NCBI GenBank assembly: GCA_951406725.2
Contig: OX597817.1
Span: forward strand, 12,462,001 to 12,526,000
From: Octopus vulgaris
Lineage: Eukaryota
DNA: 64,000 nucleotides
Direction: 5' to 3'
Made by a program: the position numbers and the translations under genes. This document shows positions 38,400 to 50,720 of the stretch, piece after piece (position 1 is the stretch's first letter; each line of letters starts with the position of its first letter). The notes below the pieces were generated by a model. It was not told where the DNA came from, made no database searches, and saw only the letters and a list, made by a program, of their open reading frames with translations.

Positions 38400-38483
<84 letters not shown>

Positions 38484-38539
38484 CTCTTTTCAATTTTGAA
38501 TAAATTTTGACCGGCCACCAGCCTGGTTGCAAGGTTGTG

Positions 38540-39650
38540 AAGGAAAGCATCCTTTAAAGCTTAAGGTTTTACAGATTTTTTAAGTCCCAGATATCGTGAT
38601 CATTTGCAGTGTATGAATTAAGGATTTACGTTCTTTCCCGAAGATTCGAAGTTCAGTCATACTTTTCTCCAGACGGGTAGGTATTTATCCTGTTGCTCCA
38701 ATAATTATAGACATGAAGCTGAACGTGTATCTTAGGGACTGGATTTGCAAACTTCTTATCAATGGCCATAGATGTCCTCTTTCTTACGTATTGATGTCCA
38801 GAGGCAGCTGATTTCCACGAGAGAACATCTTTTCTATTTTGTCCCACAACAATATCTTACCGGTTGTGTTTTAACTTATGGGGGCTGCTTAAATTTTTTA
38901 ATTCTACCAGTATTCTTTTGACCCTTTGGTCTCAATATAGTAAACTTCGACAATAGGTAGTTTTTTGTTGTTGTTTTTTTTTAGTTATCCTGTACCAGAC
39001 ACTTCTGACCACTGCATCATCCCGCATGGGAAGATAATATCTGGAAGGCAATTCTTTAACAGACAGCACTAATGTGGTTGATGTCTTCAGTCTTAGTCTA
39101 GCACAACCCACATTTGTTTTCTGCCAACGTTTTCTGTCTTTTATATTGTAGGTATTTGGTAGGGATCTCTTTTCCTTGAATTGCGCCCTGGTGACCTTCG
39201 AAGTGGGATGTTAAAAATATGTCGGTATTCTAAGCCAAACTTTTGACATGATCAGTCCCTACAGTTGCTTGTGTTTTTCGTATCAGGTACTCATGTATTA
39301 TCTTATTAGTGAACTACTCCAATAGATTTTACCAGTGAAGAGAGATCTGTATCTGCTCTTATTTCATACCTTACCTCAAGTTCATTAGCGATCCTAATTT
39401 ATGATATTGATTTCGTGGTCACAAACTTGGGTAACATAGTTACTAGTCGCTTTCCTCTGCTGCAGAATGTTGTTTCAGTGTCACAATACGTGCTTCATAT
39501 TGCATCAAAACAGATTTGAGATCACAGTCACCATTCTTGCGTGAGAAGTATAGCCTGTCAGTATCTCTATTGATGTTGAAGCTTCCTGTGTCCTGAACAG
39601 CTTGCGAGTTCGAACATCTCTCATTGAGTTCTTAGAGTGACCAGTTCAGA
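38540..39650 (-). mobile_element. Heavily decayed RLE-type non-LTR retrotransposon 3' region
   Basis: Minus-strand traces of a zinc knuckle (TEDINHISAV..YLPMRDDAV) and an endonuclease end (FSFMSIIIGATG); many frameshifts. Confidence 0.5.
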
Positions 39651-41094
39651 AGGCCAGACGTAGGTGTGAGGACTTGTTGTAAGTTGAGAGTTCTGATGAC
39701 CATATTATCTTTACTCTCTTGGGGTATTCATTCCTGGTCCTCTCCTTATTTATATTTGAATCCTTCCCCCACCCACCCACCAAAAAAAAAGCTGGTTTCT
39801 AACAAAGATACAAAGCTCTGTCGTTGGAATGTAGATAACAAAAACAATGTCACATTTTAAACTTGAGAAAAGTCTTGCATATTTTTACTGTTTCACTTAC
39901 AGATTGTTTTTGTAAAGTGCGAGTTGGTTGATTTTTTTTTTACTAAAAACCCTAGTTTATCCAGATTGTCGCTGAGGCGTTTGTTTGTTTGTATGTACGT
40001 ACGTGCGTATGTATGTATGTATGTATGTATGTATGTATGTATGTATGTATGTATGTATGTATGTATGTATGTATGTATGTCTATGTATGTATATATGTAT
40101 GTATGCATGTATGTATGTATGTATGTATTATGTAAGTTGTGTCTGTCCTCCTCCACTATTTGTAAATCGGTGTTGGTTTGTTTATGCCTCTGTAACCTAG
40201 TGGTTCAGCAAAAAAATCGATGGTATAAGTACCAGACTTAACAATAATTACTGGGGTTGATTTGTTCGATTAAACCCTTAAAGGCTATGCCCCAGCCTGG
40301 CAGCAGTCCAATGACTGAAACATGTAAAAGATAAAAGATAGAAGATATACAGACTACCACTGGTTTCATGCAAGCAGCAGACTCAAACAATTAGGGTTTG
40401 TGGTTATTTAACGTTTGTTAGGTCTGGATAGAGAAAAATACATAAATAATTAAGTTATGCTCATTATAAAATAAATATTCATTAAAATTGTTGGTGGGGG
40501 CGTGAGGAAATCCCACAGCTTCAAATTGAATAACGATAGACGATGATGGTAATGATGATGATCATGACGATAACAATAATAACTCTAACTGGGACAATAA
40601 CGAATGTGTGATCAACGTTGTCCAGTCACTCCACTTAATTATTTCTATTGATCAAATGGGAATATCTCCAGCTGCTGATATTTAAATTTTCATATATACA
40701 CATTACCAAACACACATACACCACACATACACACGCACGCACACTTACATGGGTACGTATTTATTGGAAAGCCACCACACCTGCAATTCTGTCTCTTGTG
40801 AACAGCTTGGGATTATACTTAAAATGTTTATAAACATAACAAACACCAGTTTGTCACACATGACGTTCACTAGTTGATATCTGAGACACAGTCCATGTTA
40901 TTTTACTTTATTTTTATTATACATCCACAAGTGCCCACCACCAGAGAACATAAGCAAAAACACATTCACACTGGAATGAAACAACGGTAAGAAATTTATT
41001 TTTGTCTTTCATTTAATCCTTAATATCAGTTATTTTAATTACTTATTTTTTTTCTTTTTTAACTATACACATCATCAGTCAATCAATATTCAAC

Positions 41095-41150
<56 letters not shown>

Positions 41151-41254
41151 AAATTGTGTTGCAAGATTCCTGATATCAAAGCGTTGAAATAGATATTGTT
41201 GTATCTCGGGATGGTCATTTTTTTTTTTGCCAAATAAACACATGGACGGAAAGT

Positions 41255-41297
41255 GTCGCTGAAGAGGTCGCAGATGTGTGACGAAAGATTTACGAAC
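41255..41297 (+). ncRNA. Hammerhead-like motif, partly degenerate
   Basis: gtcg CTGAAGA g gtcgca gatg tgtgac GAAA gatt TA cgaac; 6-bp stem II, imperfect stems I and III. Confidence 0.5.
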
Positions 41298-41448
41298 GAT
41301 GGACATGAGTTAGAATAAGAACAGTAATAAACGAGTGAAGAACGAATATATAGTGCGCGTGTTTATTTGGCAAAAAGAAAAATTGACCATCCCGAAATTC
41401 AACAATATATATATACACATACATGCATACATACATACATACATACAT

Positions 41449-41509
<61 letters not shown>

Positions 41510-42670
41510 CATACATACATACATGCATACATATATACATACATACATACATACATACATACATACATACATACATACATACATACATACATACATACAT
41601 ACATACATACACACATACATACATACATACATACATATAGGCACAGGCGTGACTGTGTGATAAGAAGCTTGCTTCCTGACCACATGGATCCGGGTTCAGT
41701 CCCACTGCGTGGCACCTTGGGCAAGTGTTTACTACTATAGCCTCGAGAAGACCAAAACCTCGTGAGTGAATTTAGTAGACGGAAACTGGAAGAAGCATCA
41801 CACATACACACACACCCATACACACATATACACATGCATAAGCACACAGAGTATGGGCGTACACTTTGCCTCATATATGCACACGCACACATACATACAC
41901 GCACGTTAGCTTCATACACGCAAGTACCTGCCAGGTCACTGTTGTTTGCTTTGCCACTCATACCTTAAGCTCATCTCTTCCACTTCCGACCATTTCAGCA
42001 TTTGGTGACCACCTGACAGAGATATGCTTGTTCTTTATCATTTATATTTTTCTTACCTCATCTATCCGTTCCGTAGTAGAGCGTAGGTACGAAACGTTAA
42101 AGTTCTCTTCCAGTTTTCCTAAGCGTCAGCCTAATACATCGAGTTTATTTACTTTTTTTATATTCTGTTTCAATGATTTTTCTTTAAATTTTTATACCAC
42201 ACACACACACACATACACATATATAAATGTTAATATGCTTATGTATGTATAAATGTTATAAATGTGCATATTTGTTTGTATGTGTATATATCACCATATA
42301 TATGTGTTTTTCTGTGTATTAATATATATGTATATCTTTATATATGTGCATCTGCATGTATATGTTCTTATATACATATATATACATGTGTGTGTATACT
42401 TATATATATGTATGTATTTTTTTTTAAATTTTTATTCTATTTTATTTAGTTTCAGCTCACAAGCTGTGGCCATGCTGGGGCACCGCCATTTGAATGTATG
42501 TATGTATGTATGTATGTATGAATTTGATAACTGATGAAGAATGAAGAACCTTCTGTGTCAGTCTTCCGTCTGTTTGTGCCCTCAATATAAAGTTATACAT
42601 TTTTTACTGGTCGTTTATGTATTTACAATACATTGTTTCATGTATACATGTGCATATGTGTATGTCAGTG

Positions 42671-42715
<45 letters not shown>

Positions 42716-43214
42716 TATTCTATTTCAACAAAACGCAAATTATTTATGACTTTGGGTTTTCAGCAAAAACTCCCGAGAGAGTCTGTCAGGGAAGTAAACT
42801 ACAGAAGGTACTGTCGCCTTGAATTTCTGTTTAATTAGATATTTAAAATGCACTGCTATATTGAAACCTTTTCATTTAATGTTAGTAGTTGCTTTCAAAT
42901 CAATTTTAAAACGTTTATGTCAAATACACACACACACACATACACATTATGCATACAAGTGTGTGCGTACACACACACACACACACACATACACATATAT
43001 ATATATAATCTAAATTTAGATTCAGTAGAGTATATAATACCACTTGCTTAAATATTGTGCCTGTAACGGTGTAAACTTGCTAGGCATCTTATTATTTCGT
43101 TATTAATATCATTAATAAAGGTAATAATACCTCTTTAAAAAATGTGACCTCGTGTGTACCGTTGGCGATTTTTTTTCCTCTGTCTTCCCTTCTCTGGATC
43201 TTTCCTTCTCCTAT

Positions 43215-43249
43215 GTTTCCGACGAAGAGCTCCGCTCGAAACGTTAAAC
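43215..43249 (+). ncRNA. Minimal hammerhead-like motif with one core substitution
   Basis: gttt CCGACGA a gagc tcc gctc GAAA cg TT aaac. Stems I and II and palindromic ACGT stem III are present, but U4 is C. More decayed relatives lie near 34715-34748 (-) and 42068-42102 (+). Confidence 0.45.
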
Positions 43250-43344
43250 CCTCCTCCTTCCCTTCTTTCCCGAGCGTCCAATAATACTATACTTATTCCA
43301 CGTCCTCGCGTTGTTGTGTTTTTTTTGTGTTTTCTTGTTTGGAT

Positions 43345-43416
<72 letters not shown>

Positions 43417-43464
43417 TATATAAATACATACATACATACATACATACATACATACATACATACA

Positions 43465-43495
<31 letters not shown>

Positions 43496-43782
43496 GAATG
43501 TATGATATTATATTCATGCTCGTTCATACATTACAGAAAGGAGCAAGAAAGACTGTTTTGATAGAGTGGACATATTTGTTTATTCAGATGATTGCACTTA
43601 TACTTCGTGTTCAGGCAGCGAAGTAAAGACTGGGCTATTCATAAGGGACACTGGAAGTTAGTCTTTCAATTTGCATCTAGTCAGCCCCAGTACAAAGAAG
43701 GAATCTAATTGTATGAAAGAAAATGTCAATCGATTTCTCTTCTGACAAACCTGCTCGTACTAAGATCAAGCACTATTGTTAT

Positions 43783-43819
<37 letters not shown>

Positions 43820-44234
43820 AATTAGAGAAAAACCCACTATTATGCAATTCAAACAATGACAGACATAAACCAAATCATAAATATAAAATAAAATATATTT
43901 TTATAAAACATAACTAGATCACAAAAAGTATAAAAATGAATAATCAATATATAATAAGTTTTTTTACTTATTACTTATTATATATTACTTATTACTTATT
44001 ATATATATTGATTATTCCTTTTTATACTTTTTGGGACCATTTTTTAAATCATTTTATCTAGTTTCAGCTCACGAGCTGTGTCCATGCTGGGGCACCACCA
44101 TTCAAAATTTAACGTTATCTGCCAAAAGTATATAACCTAGTTATATGTTTTATAAAAATATTTTTTATTTTTATTTATGATTTGGTTTATGTCTATCATT
44201 GTTTGAATTACATAATAGTGGTTTTTCTCTAATT
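43820..44234. repeat. Interrupted AT-rich fold-back
   Basis: 43820-43960 pairs with 43995-44036 plus 44138-44234. A ~100-nt insert containing a SINE tail splits the right arm. Confidence 0.75.
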
Positions 44235-44317
44235 CATATTTTATATATTCATATTGTGAAATTTGATTTAATACTAAATTGAATTTTTCCCTGTAAGTTT
44301 GGAGTTATGCTCCCTAA

Positions 44318-44374
<57 letters not shown>

Positions 44375-44427
44375 CATCATCATTATTATTATTATATATA
44401 TGTATATATATATATATATATATATAA

Positions 44428-46134
44428 AACAATGAAATGTACTTCATCCTGTTCTCAGAGAATCCTCTTGTAAACACGTTTATTGAACGCGTTTATCGTT
44501 GCAAACATCGGAAAAAACATACCTTTAGTTCCTATAAGTGATTTCTATTATTCTATAAAATTCGACCTTTGACTGTCTTCTTACATTTCACTTCCACTAA
44601 ATATATCTACTTCCATGCCGTTAAGCATTATTCCTATTTACCTATCGCTCTATATCTCTCCACTATTAGTTTTCTGCTAATTTCCTTCTTTCTCCTCCTT
44701 CTCTTTCTATAAACTACTTTTGACTTTATATCTACTGAAAGTTTTAAAAAAAACTTGCTAGCGTTCTCTTCATCATAAATGCAGTTATAACATTCTGTTA
44801 AAATGTCTTATTGATGTGTTTGGTTTCTTTCTTTCTCTGATGAGAAGATTGAATTGTTTTACACCATTTTATTCCTTCTGGAATAATACCAATGTTTTAC
44901 TCAAAACATATGTCGGTAGTAAAAAGATTTGAATAACAGCTGCGTTTAACTCCATTTATTTATTTATCTATATCATACAAAAACATTTCAGCTAAACCTG
45001 GAGTGTCTACCTTTATAAGTAGACTGTTGCATCCTTGGTACTTGTGTGAATTTTGGCTACTCTGTTATCTATTTATTTATTTTTTCCGTGTTATTTGTAA
45101 ACATTGAAAAAATACACATACATTTATATACACTTCAACCAGGTTTCCATATAACCTGCAAATAAAATAGTTACCACATATGGAATTATTTGATATAAAC
45201 AGATCTCTTTAAGATATACCCATTCCCCAAAGGAAGGTTTTCCTTAAGCAACTCATTATTAAGTCAAACTCCTTTATTAACCGTATTTGATGGCTCGCCT
45301 TTTTTTCGACAATAAAGACTTTAAACAGCCCTTTAACGACCCAGCTTCTAAATTCAAAAAATTGTTTAAATCTAAAAACAATCCTCCACCTAACCCAAGA
45401 CTGAAACAGTTTAAAGACGATCTCTGGTCTATCGTGAGGAATGTGAAATTACACCGTTCACCCTTAAGGAATAAACATCTGAGGTATCTTCACAATATCA
45501 TCAAAGAAATTCATAGCATGGAGGGGATGCTGGTTTAATTGGATAAAACAGGAAACCTATACAGGCTTTCCAAGGACTATTATCTAGAATTGCTTAGAAA
45601 AGAATTATAGGATTACCGGTAAAAGGGCAATCAAGAAAGCCAACCTTGAGGCTAAGAAAACTATGGAGAAATATGACTTACAGACGAAACCAGAATCCCT
45701 TGATCCTAAACAACCTGGTTTTATTTTAAAAGATCAGAAACAATTTTTTTTTAATAACCCAACCTTACGACTTATTTGTCCTTCTCGCTTTGACATCGGT
45801 GTACTTAGCAAAAATATTCTAAATAAATATATTCCTACCTTAGTTTAAAAAATTAAAGCTTAATTTATGGTCTAATTCGTTCCAAGTGGTCGACTGGTTT
45901 AATTCTATTAATAACAAGAAGTACACTAAGTTTATCCAGTTTGGCATTTCGAGTTTCTATTCCTCTATCAACCCAATCATACTCAACAAGGCACTCTGGC
46001 TCGCATACAACAATGAAATTAATGTCGTGTTAGCCGCCAGAGAAACTATTATTAAATGCGTTAACAAGCTGTGGGTCCGGCAGTTTTGATGTCACGATGG
46101 GAAGTTCTGATTCAGCACAAATCGCTGATTTGGT

Positions 46135-46188
<54 letters not shown>

Positions 46189-47709
46189 TTTATGAGATGG
46201 CTGACCAATTCCCAAACATCAAAGGAGGTCTATATTGTGATGATTTCTACTCTACCTTGAAAATGCTTCTAACCAAAAATTACCAAGGGTTAAGAATAGC
46301 TTAGTTAAAGTTTTTCGAAACATGGGCTTAAGCATTGTTCTTGATGATGATATAAGTAATGCCAACTTTTTGGATATTACCCTTAACTTGCATAATGATT
46401 CCTATTTCCTATACCACAAACCCTCAACTAATTAAAAATATATTAGCTCTGTTAGTAATCACTTTAAGGCTATTACAAAGAATTTAGTTAGGAATATTTC
46501 TCTAAGACTTTCTAGATTATCTGCTAATGTTGATATCTTCAACTATAAAGCTGAATTTTATAACTCTGCTTTAGTTAAAGAAGGCTATAAAGAAACACTT
46601 ACCTGCATTAACCCTATTGACATTAATTCTACCTCTATTAATCAGGACATGAAATCAAGTCATAACGATATTAACAATATTAATTTTATTTCGAATAACA
46701 GCACCAAATCGAGTAAAGTAATTCTGCAGTGTAAGGGAAGTAACAATTATTTAAGACCCTTTTTTTGTTATAAAGGTACATCGAGGATTTTTAAAGATAA
46801 TTACCCTAATAACAAGGTATGTCCTAGCAAAACTGTTTGGTTAATAATTCCATATGGTAAGCAGATCAAATCCAACCTCGCTTACCAGTTTCGAGAAGCT
46901 ATAGAAAAGAATTTGCCAAGAAATTCAAGGTACTATTCGATTATTAATTCACACCGATTGAGGATAGGGTTTTCTGACACAAAAAATATTTCACAAATCT
47001 TCTCTTCGCATTATAATAAGTTAAATACAAATCCACTTAATGAAAATAGTAACATCGATTTTGTTAACACTAGCCATTCTTTTAATAATAGCAGCAGTGT
47101 TAGTGTTTCTGATGTTGATTCCAATCGCATTCGTTTCCTTAGCAGTAATTCTAAGACTAGAAACTCTATTTATCAATGTAAAATTACTTCTGGTTCTGAC
47201 GTCTTATTTTATATAGGTAGTTCTTCATCTCAGTTGTCCAAAAGAATATCTAATCATTACTCTACATTTTGACATATCAATAAACGCAACAATACTGGAC
47301 TTAGTAAATCAATTTGGTATCTAAAGGATCATAATAAACAATTTGATTTGGAATGGAATATTCTCTCTAAATCTTTTCTGTATGATAAAGGTGAATCTTT
47401 TTGTCCGCTTTGTAACAGTGAAATGTATTTCATCCTGTTCTCAGAGAATCCTCTTGTAAACATGTTTATCGTTGCAAATATCGGAAAAAACATACCTTTA
47501 GTTCCTATAAGTGATTTCTACCATTCTATAAAATTCGACCTTTGACTGTCTTCTTACATTTCACTTCCACTAAATATATCTATTTCCATGTCTTTAAGCT
47601 TTATTCCTATTCACCTATCGCTCTATATCTCTCCACTATTAGTTTTCTGCTAATTTCTTTCTTTCTCCTCCTTCTCTTTCTATAAACTACCTTTGACGTT
47701 ATATCTACT
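44428..47709 (+). mobile_element. Decayed Penelope-like element (RT + GIY-YIG, Naiad-like) with partial-tandem pseudo-LTR
   Basis: Fragments read DKTGNLY, FIQFGISSFYSSI, VTMGSSDSAQIADLV, GLYCDD, NFLDITLNL, NSIYQCKI..FYIGSS..KRISNH, LSKSIWYLK and CPLCNSE..CKHRKK, with many stops and frameshifts. There is a ~300-bp direct repeat at 44428-44736 / 47414-47709. Confidence 0.85.
44826..44928 (+). ncRNA. Inactivated hammerhead in the PLE pseudo-LTR region
   Basis: CTGATGA 44837-44843 ... ctc AAAA catatg TC (GAAA to AAAA); shares catatgtc and attccttc with the 49.9 kb hammerhead. Confidence 0.5.
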
Positions 47710-47809
47710 AACGGTTGTTTTTTAACTTTTTAAACAAGTGAATTAGTCATAAATTTATAGCGCTCCAAAAACACACCTCCAGCTATGGGGACAAATAATA
47801 ATAATAATG

Positions 47810-47858
<49 letters not shown>

Positions 47859-47869
47859 TAATAATAATG

Positions 47870-47929
<60 letters not shown>

Positions 47930-48259
47930 GTTTCAAATTTTGCCACAAGGGCAGCCATTTTAGGGGAGGGTATGAGTCGATTATATCGACCCCAGTGTTC
48001 AACTGGTACCTATTTTATCGACTCAGAAAGGATGAAAGGTAAAGTCGACAATAATATTAAGAATGATAAAAGGTCAGAAATTTTAAGCGGAGGGTTTGGT
48101 AGATACCATCAGCCCCAGTACTTGACTAGTACTTTATTAATATTGACCCCAAAAGGATGGATGACAAAGTCGACCTCGTCAGGATTGGAGCTCAGAATGC
48201 AAAAGCCGGAAAAAATGCTGCTAAGCATTTTAGTCTGGGGCACTGATCAGCGCGTAACC

Positions 48260-48445
48260 CCACCACCACCACCACTGCCACCACAATTACTACTACTACC
48301 ACCACCACCACTACCACAACCACCACCATCACAATTACTACTACTATTACTACTACTACTACTACCACCACTACTACAACCACCACCACCACAATTACTA
48401 CTACTACTACTACCACCACCACCACTACCACAACCACCACCACCA
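48260..48445. repeat. (ACC/ACT)n compound repeat with ~60-bp higher-order unit
   Basis: caattactactactac...accacaaccaccacc recurs three times. Confidence 0.8.
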
Positions 48446-49713
48446 TGACAAGGGTGTTATGAAGTAAATATATAAATGTATAAGATCTTTGTCTGTGCTT
48501 TCAAATTGACATTTGAGTGGTTAACTAACTTTTAAATCGAAAGGTCATCGTGTGTGCGTGACGACCTGGAAACTTCGTAATCAACAAACTGACCGCAAAT
48601 AACACCCGAACAGAATAGTATTTAGCGACACCAGATACAGTCAATACCAAAACTGAACCAGCGTAACGATTTTAGTCTAAACCCTCACCAGTTTAATTAA
48701 TAATCATCGGTAACGTGAAACCGAGTTCAGATCACCCGAATGTAAAGTAAGGATGAACTTGATTGCAAATTACTGATTTCATTTTCACTTCCTTTGTTTT
48801 CGGACTGTGCATTTAAAAACCCACTTTTTTAATCAGTCAAATTCCTAATTAACACAGCTTAAATTCAATTCTAATTTCAGTGAAAAGTTCGGATTTAACA
48901 CAGGTATATTATTATATTTGCGATATTTGTAAGAAAACAACTGATTCCGTCCCTCATTTTCAAACAGTTTCTTCTATCAGGTTGTTTTGCTAGCAACAGA
49001 GCAATTTCTCTGAGACTTAGTTTTCACATCCATACGCACATACATACACACACATTTCGCGTGAACCTACTATAAGAAATCTGTAATGAGTACAAACTAT
49101 TTTTGATCAATTCATTTCTATACACCCAAAATGTATCCACTTGACATCATAATATCTTGCTTCTTACAGGAGTAATCTCAGATCGCACGGAATGAAAATC
49201 AAATTAGTAATTTGCAATCGATTTTATTCTTACATCCTGGTAAATTAATCTTTAAGTGGTGGGTCACACCACTGTATCTAAACTCACAAGGCTTTGGGCA
49301 GCCCGAGACTTATAGCAGAACCCACTTGCCCAAGGTGCTATGCAGTGGAACTGAGCCCGGAACCATGTGGTTGGGAAGTAAGCTTCTTTCCACACAGCCA
49401 CGCCCGCACCTGTGTCTGTATATATATATATGTATATATAACGGGAAGCTTTATGAAAATAGACAAAAGACGAAGGCAGGTGGAAAACAAACGAACAATT
49501 GTATTAGTATGGCGCTCAAGTAGTTGAATGAATTATCTTATTAAGGATAATTCGAATTAACCGATACCTGGGTAGCAAATTCACATCAGAAAAAAACACG
49601 CTTGAAGTTACGTGCCTAGGGCATAGATTACGTGCTTTCGTGTGGAAATTTGTATGTTTATTTTAAAAATATAGATATATGAAAGAATGGAGCTGAACGA
49701 CGAATTAACAAAA

Positions 49714-49812
49714 TTCCTTTATTTTCGACATATGTTTCGAAGGCTGCATATTCCTAATTGCGAAGGAATAAGGAGTACATTATGCCGCTTTCTCATCAGG
49801 AAAAGCAAGGAA
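49714..49812 (-). ncRNA. Mirror-image hammerhead on the opposite strand
   Basis: Reverse complement of 49889-49987 with one substitution, which turns a U-G pair into C-G in stem II. Confidence 0.8.
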
Positions 49813-49888
49813 CTTATGTCAACATCAAAATGGGCTCCGTGTGAGCAATCATCTAAAAGTTTTTTGTGCATTTTGATGTTGACATAAG

Positions 49889-49987
49889 TTCCTTGCTTTT
49901 CCTGATGAGAAAGTGGCATAATGTACTCCTTATTCCTTCGCAATTAGGAATATGCAGCCTTCGAAACATATGTCGAAAATAAAGGAA
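49889..49987 (+). ncRNA. Type I hammerhead ribozyme motif with long stem II (GUC site)
   Basis: ttccttgcttttc CTGATGA gaaagtggcata...tatgcagccttc GAAA catatg TC gaaaataaaggaa; core intact; palindromic stem III ACATATGT. Confidence 0.8.
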
Positions 49988-50034
49988 TTTTGTTAATTCG
50001 TCGTTCAGCTCCATTCTTTCATATATCTATATTT

Positions 50035-50097
<63 letters not shown>

Positions 50098-50687
50098 GTG
50101 TCTACAAAAACTTTAATTTGTAGCACCTTTATTTTAAACACTACTACTACTACTACCACCACCACCACCACCACCACCGCCGCCACCGCCGCTGCCGCCA
50201 CCACTACTACTACTACTACTACGTGTGTGTGTATAAACCACGTCATGGGGTCGTTTAACCGTAGTTCAATCTTGATTCTGAAAACCTGCTAGTGAAGGAG
50301 TTCAGAATATTACCATTCCATTCGATTTTCCAAGAGCAGTCAACCAATGCGTCCTTGTTTTGCAACAAGGAGATGTAATGTGAAGCAGATTTGGCTGTCA
50401 CATCTAGCAAGACGAGCAACCACTGATAGATGTGTCTCATGCAAGATGCTTCAATGAAAAATATTTTTATGTTGACAGAAAAACATGTGAAGTCACTACT
50501 CTCTCTTTTACTTGTTTCAGTCATTTGACTGCGGCCATGCTGGAGCACCGCCTTTAGTCGAGCAAATCGACCCCGGGACTTATTCTATCGGTCTCTTTTG
50601 CCGAACCGCTAAGTGACGGGGACGTAAACACACCAGCATCGGTTGTCAAGCAATGCTAGGGGGACAAACACAGACACACAAACACAT

Positions 50688-50720
<33 letters not shown>

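Larger units (their letters stand above)
49667..50034. repeat. 166-bp near-perfect inverted repeat with 36-nt spacer
   Basis: Arms 49667-49832 and 49869-50034; one mismatch seen; followed by an A-run and (TA)n. Confidence 0.95.

Noticed and set aside
47270-47272. In-frame TGA in the Naiad-like ORF as selenocysteine
   Set aside because: It falls at an Arg-type position (STF-R-H), consistent with simple decay. The element has many other stops and frameshifts, and I saw no SECIS.
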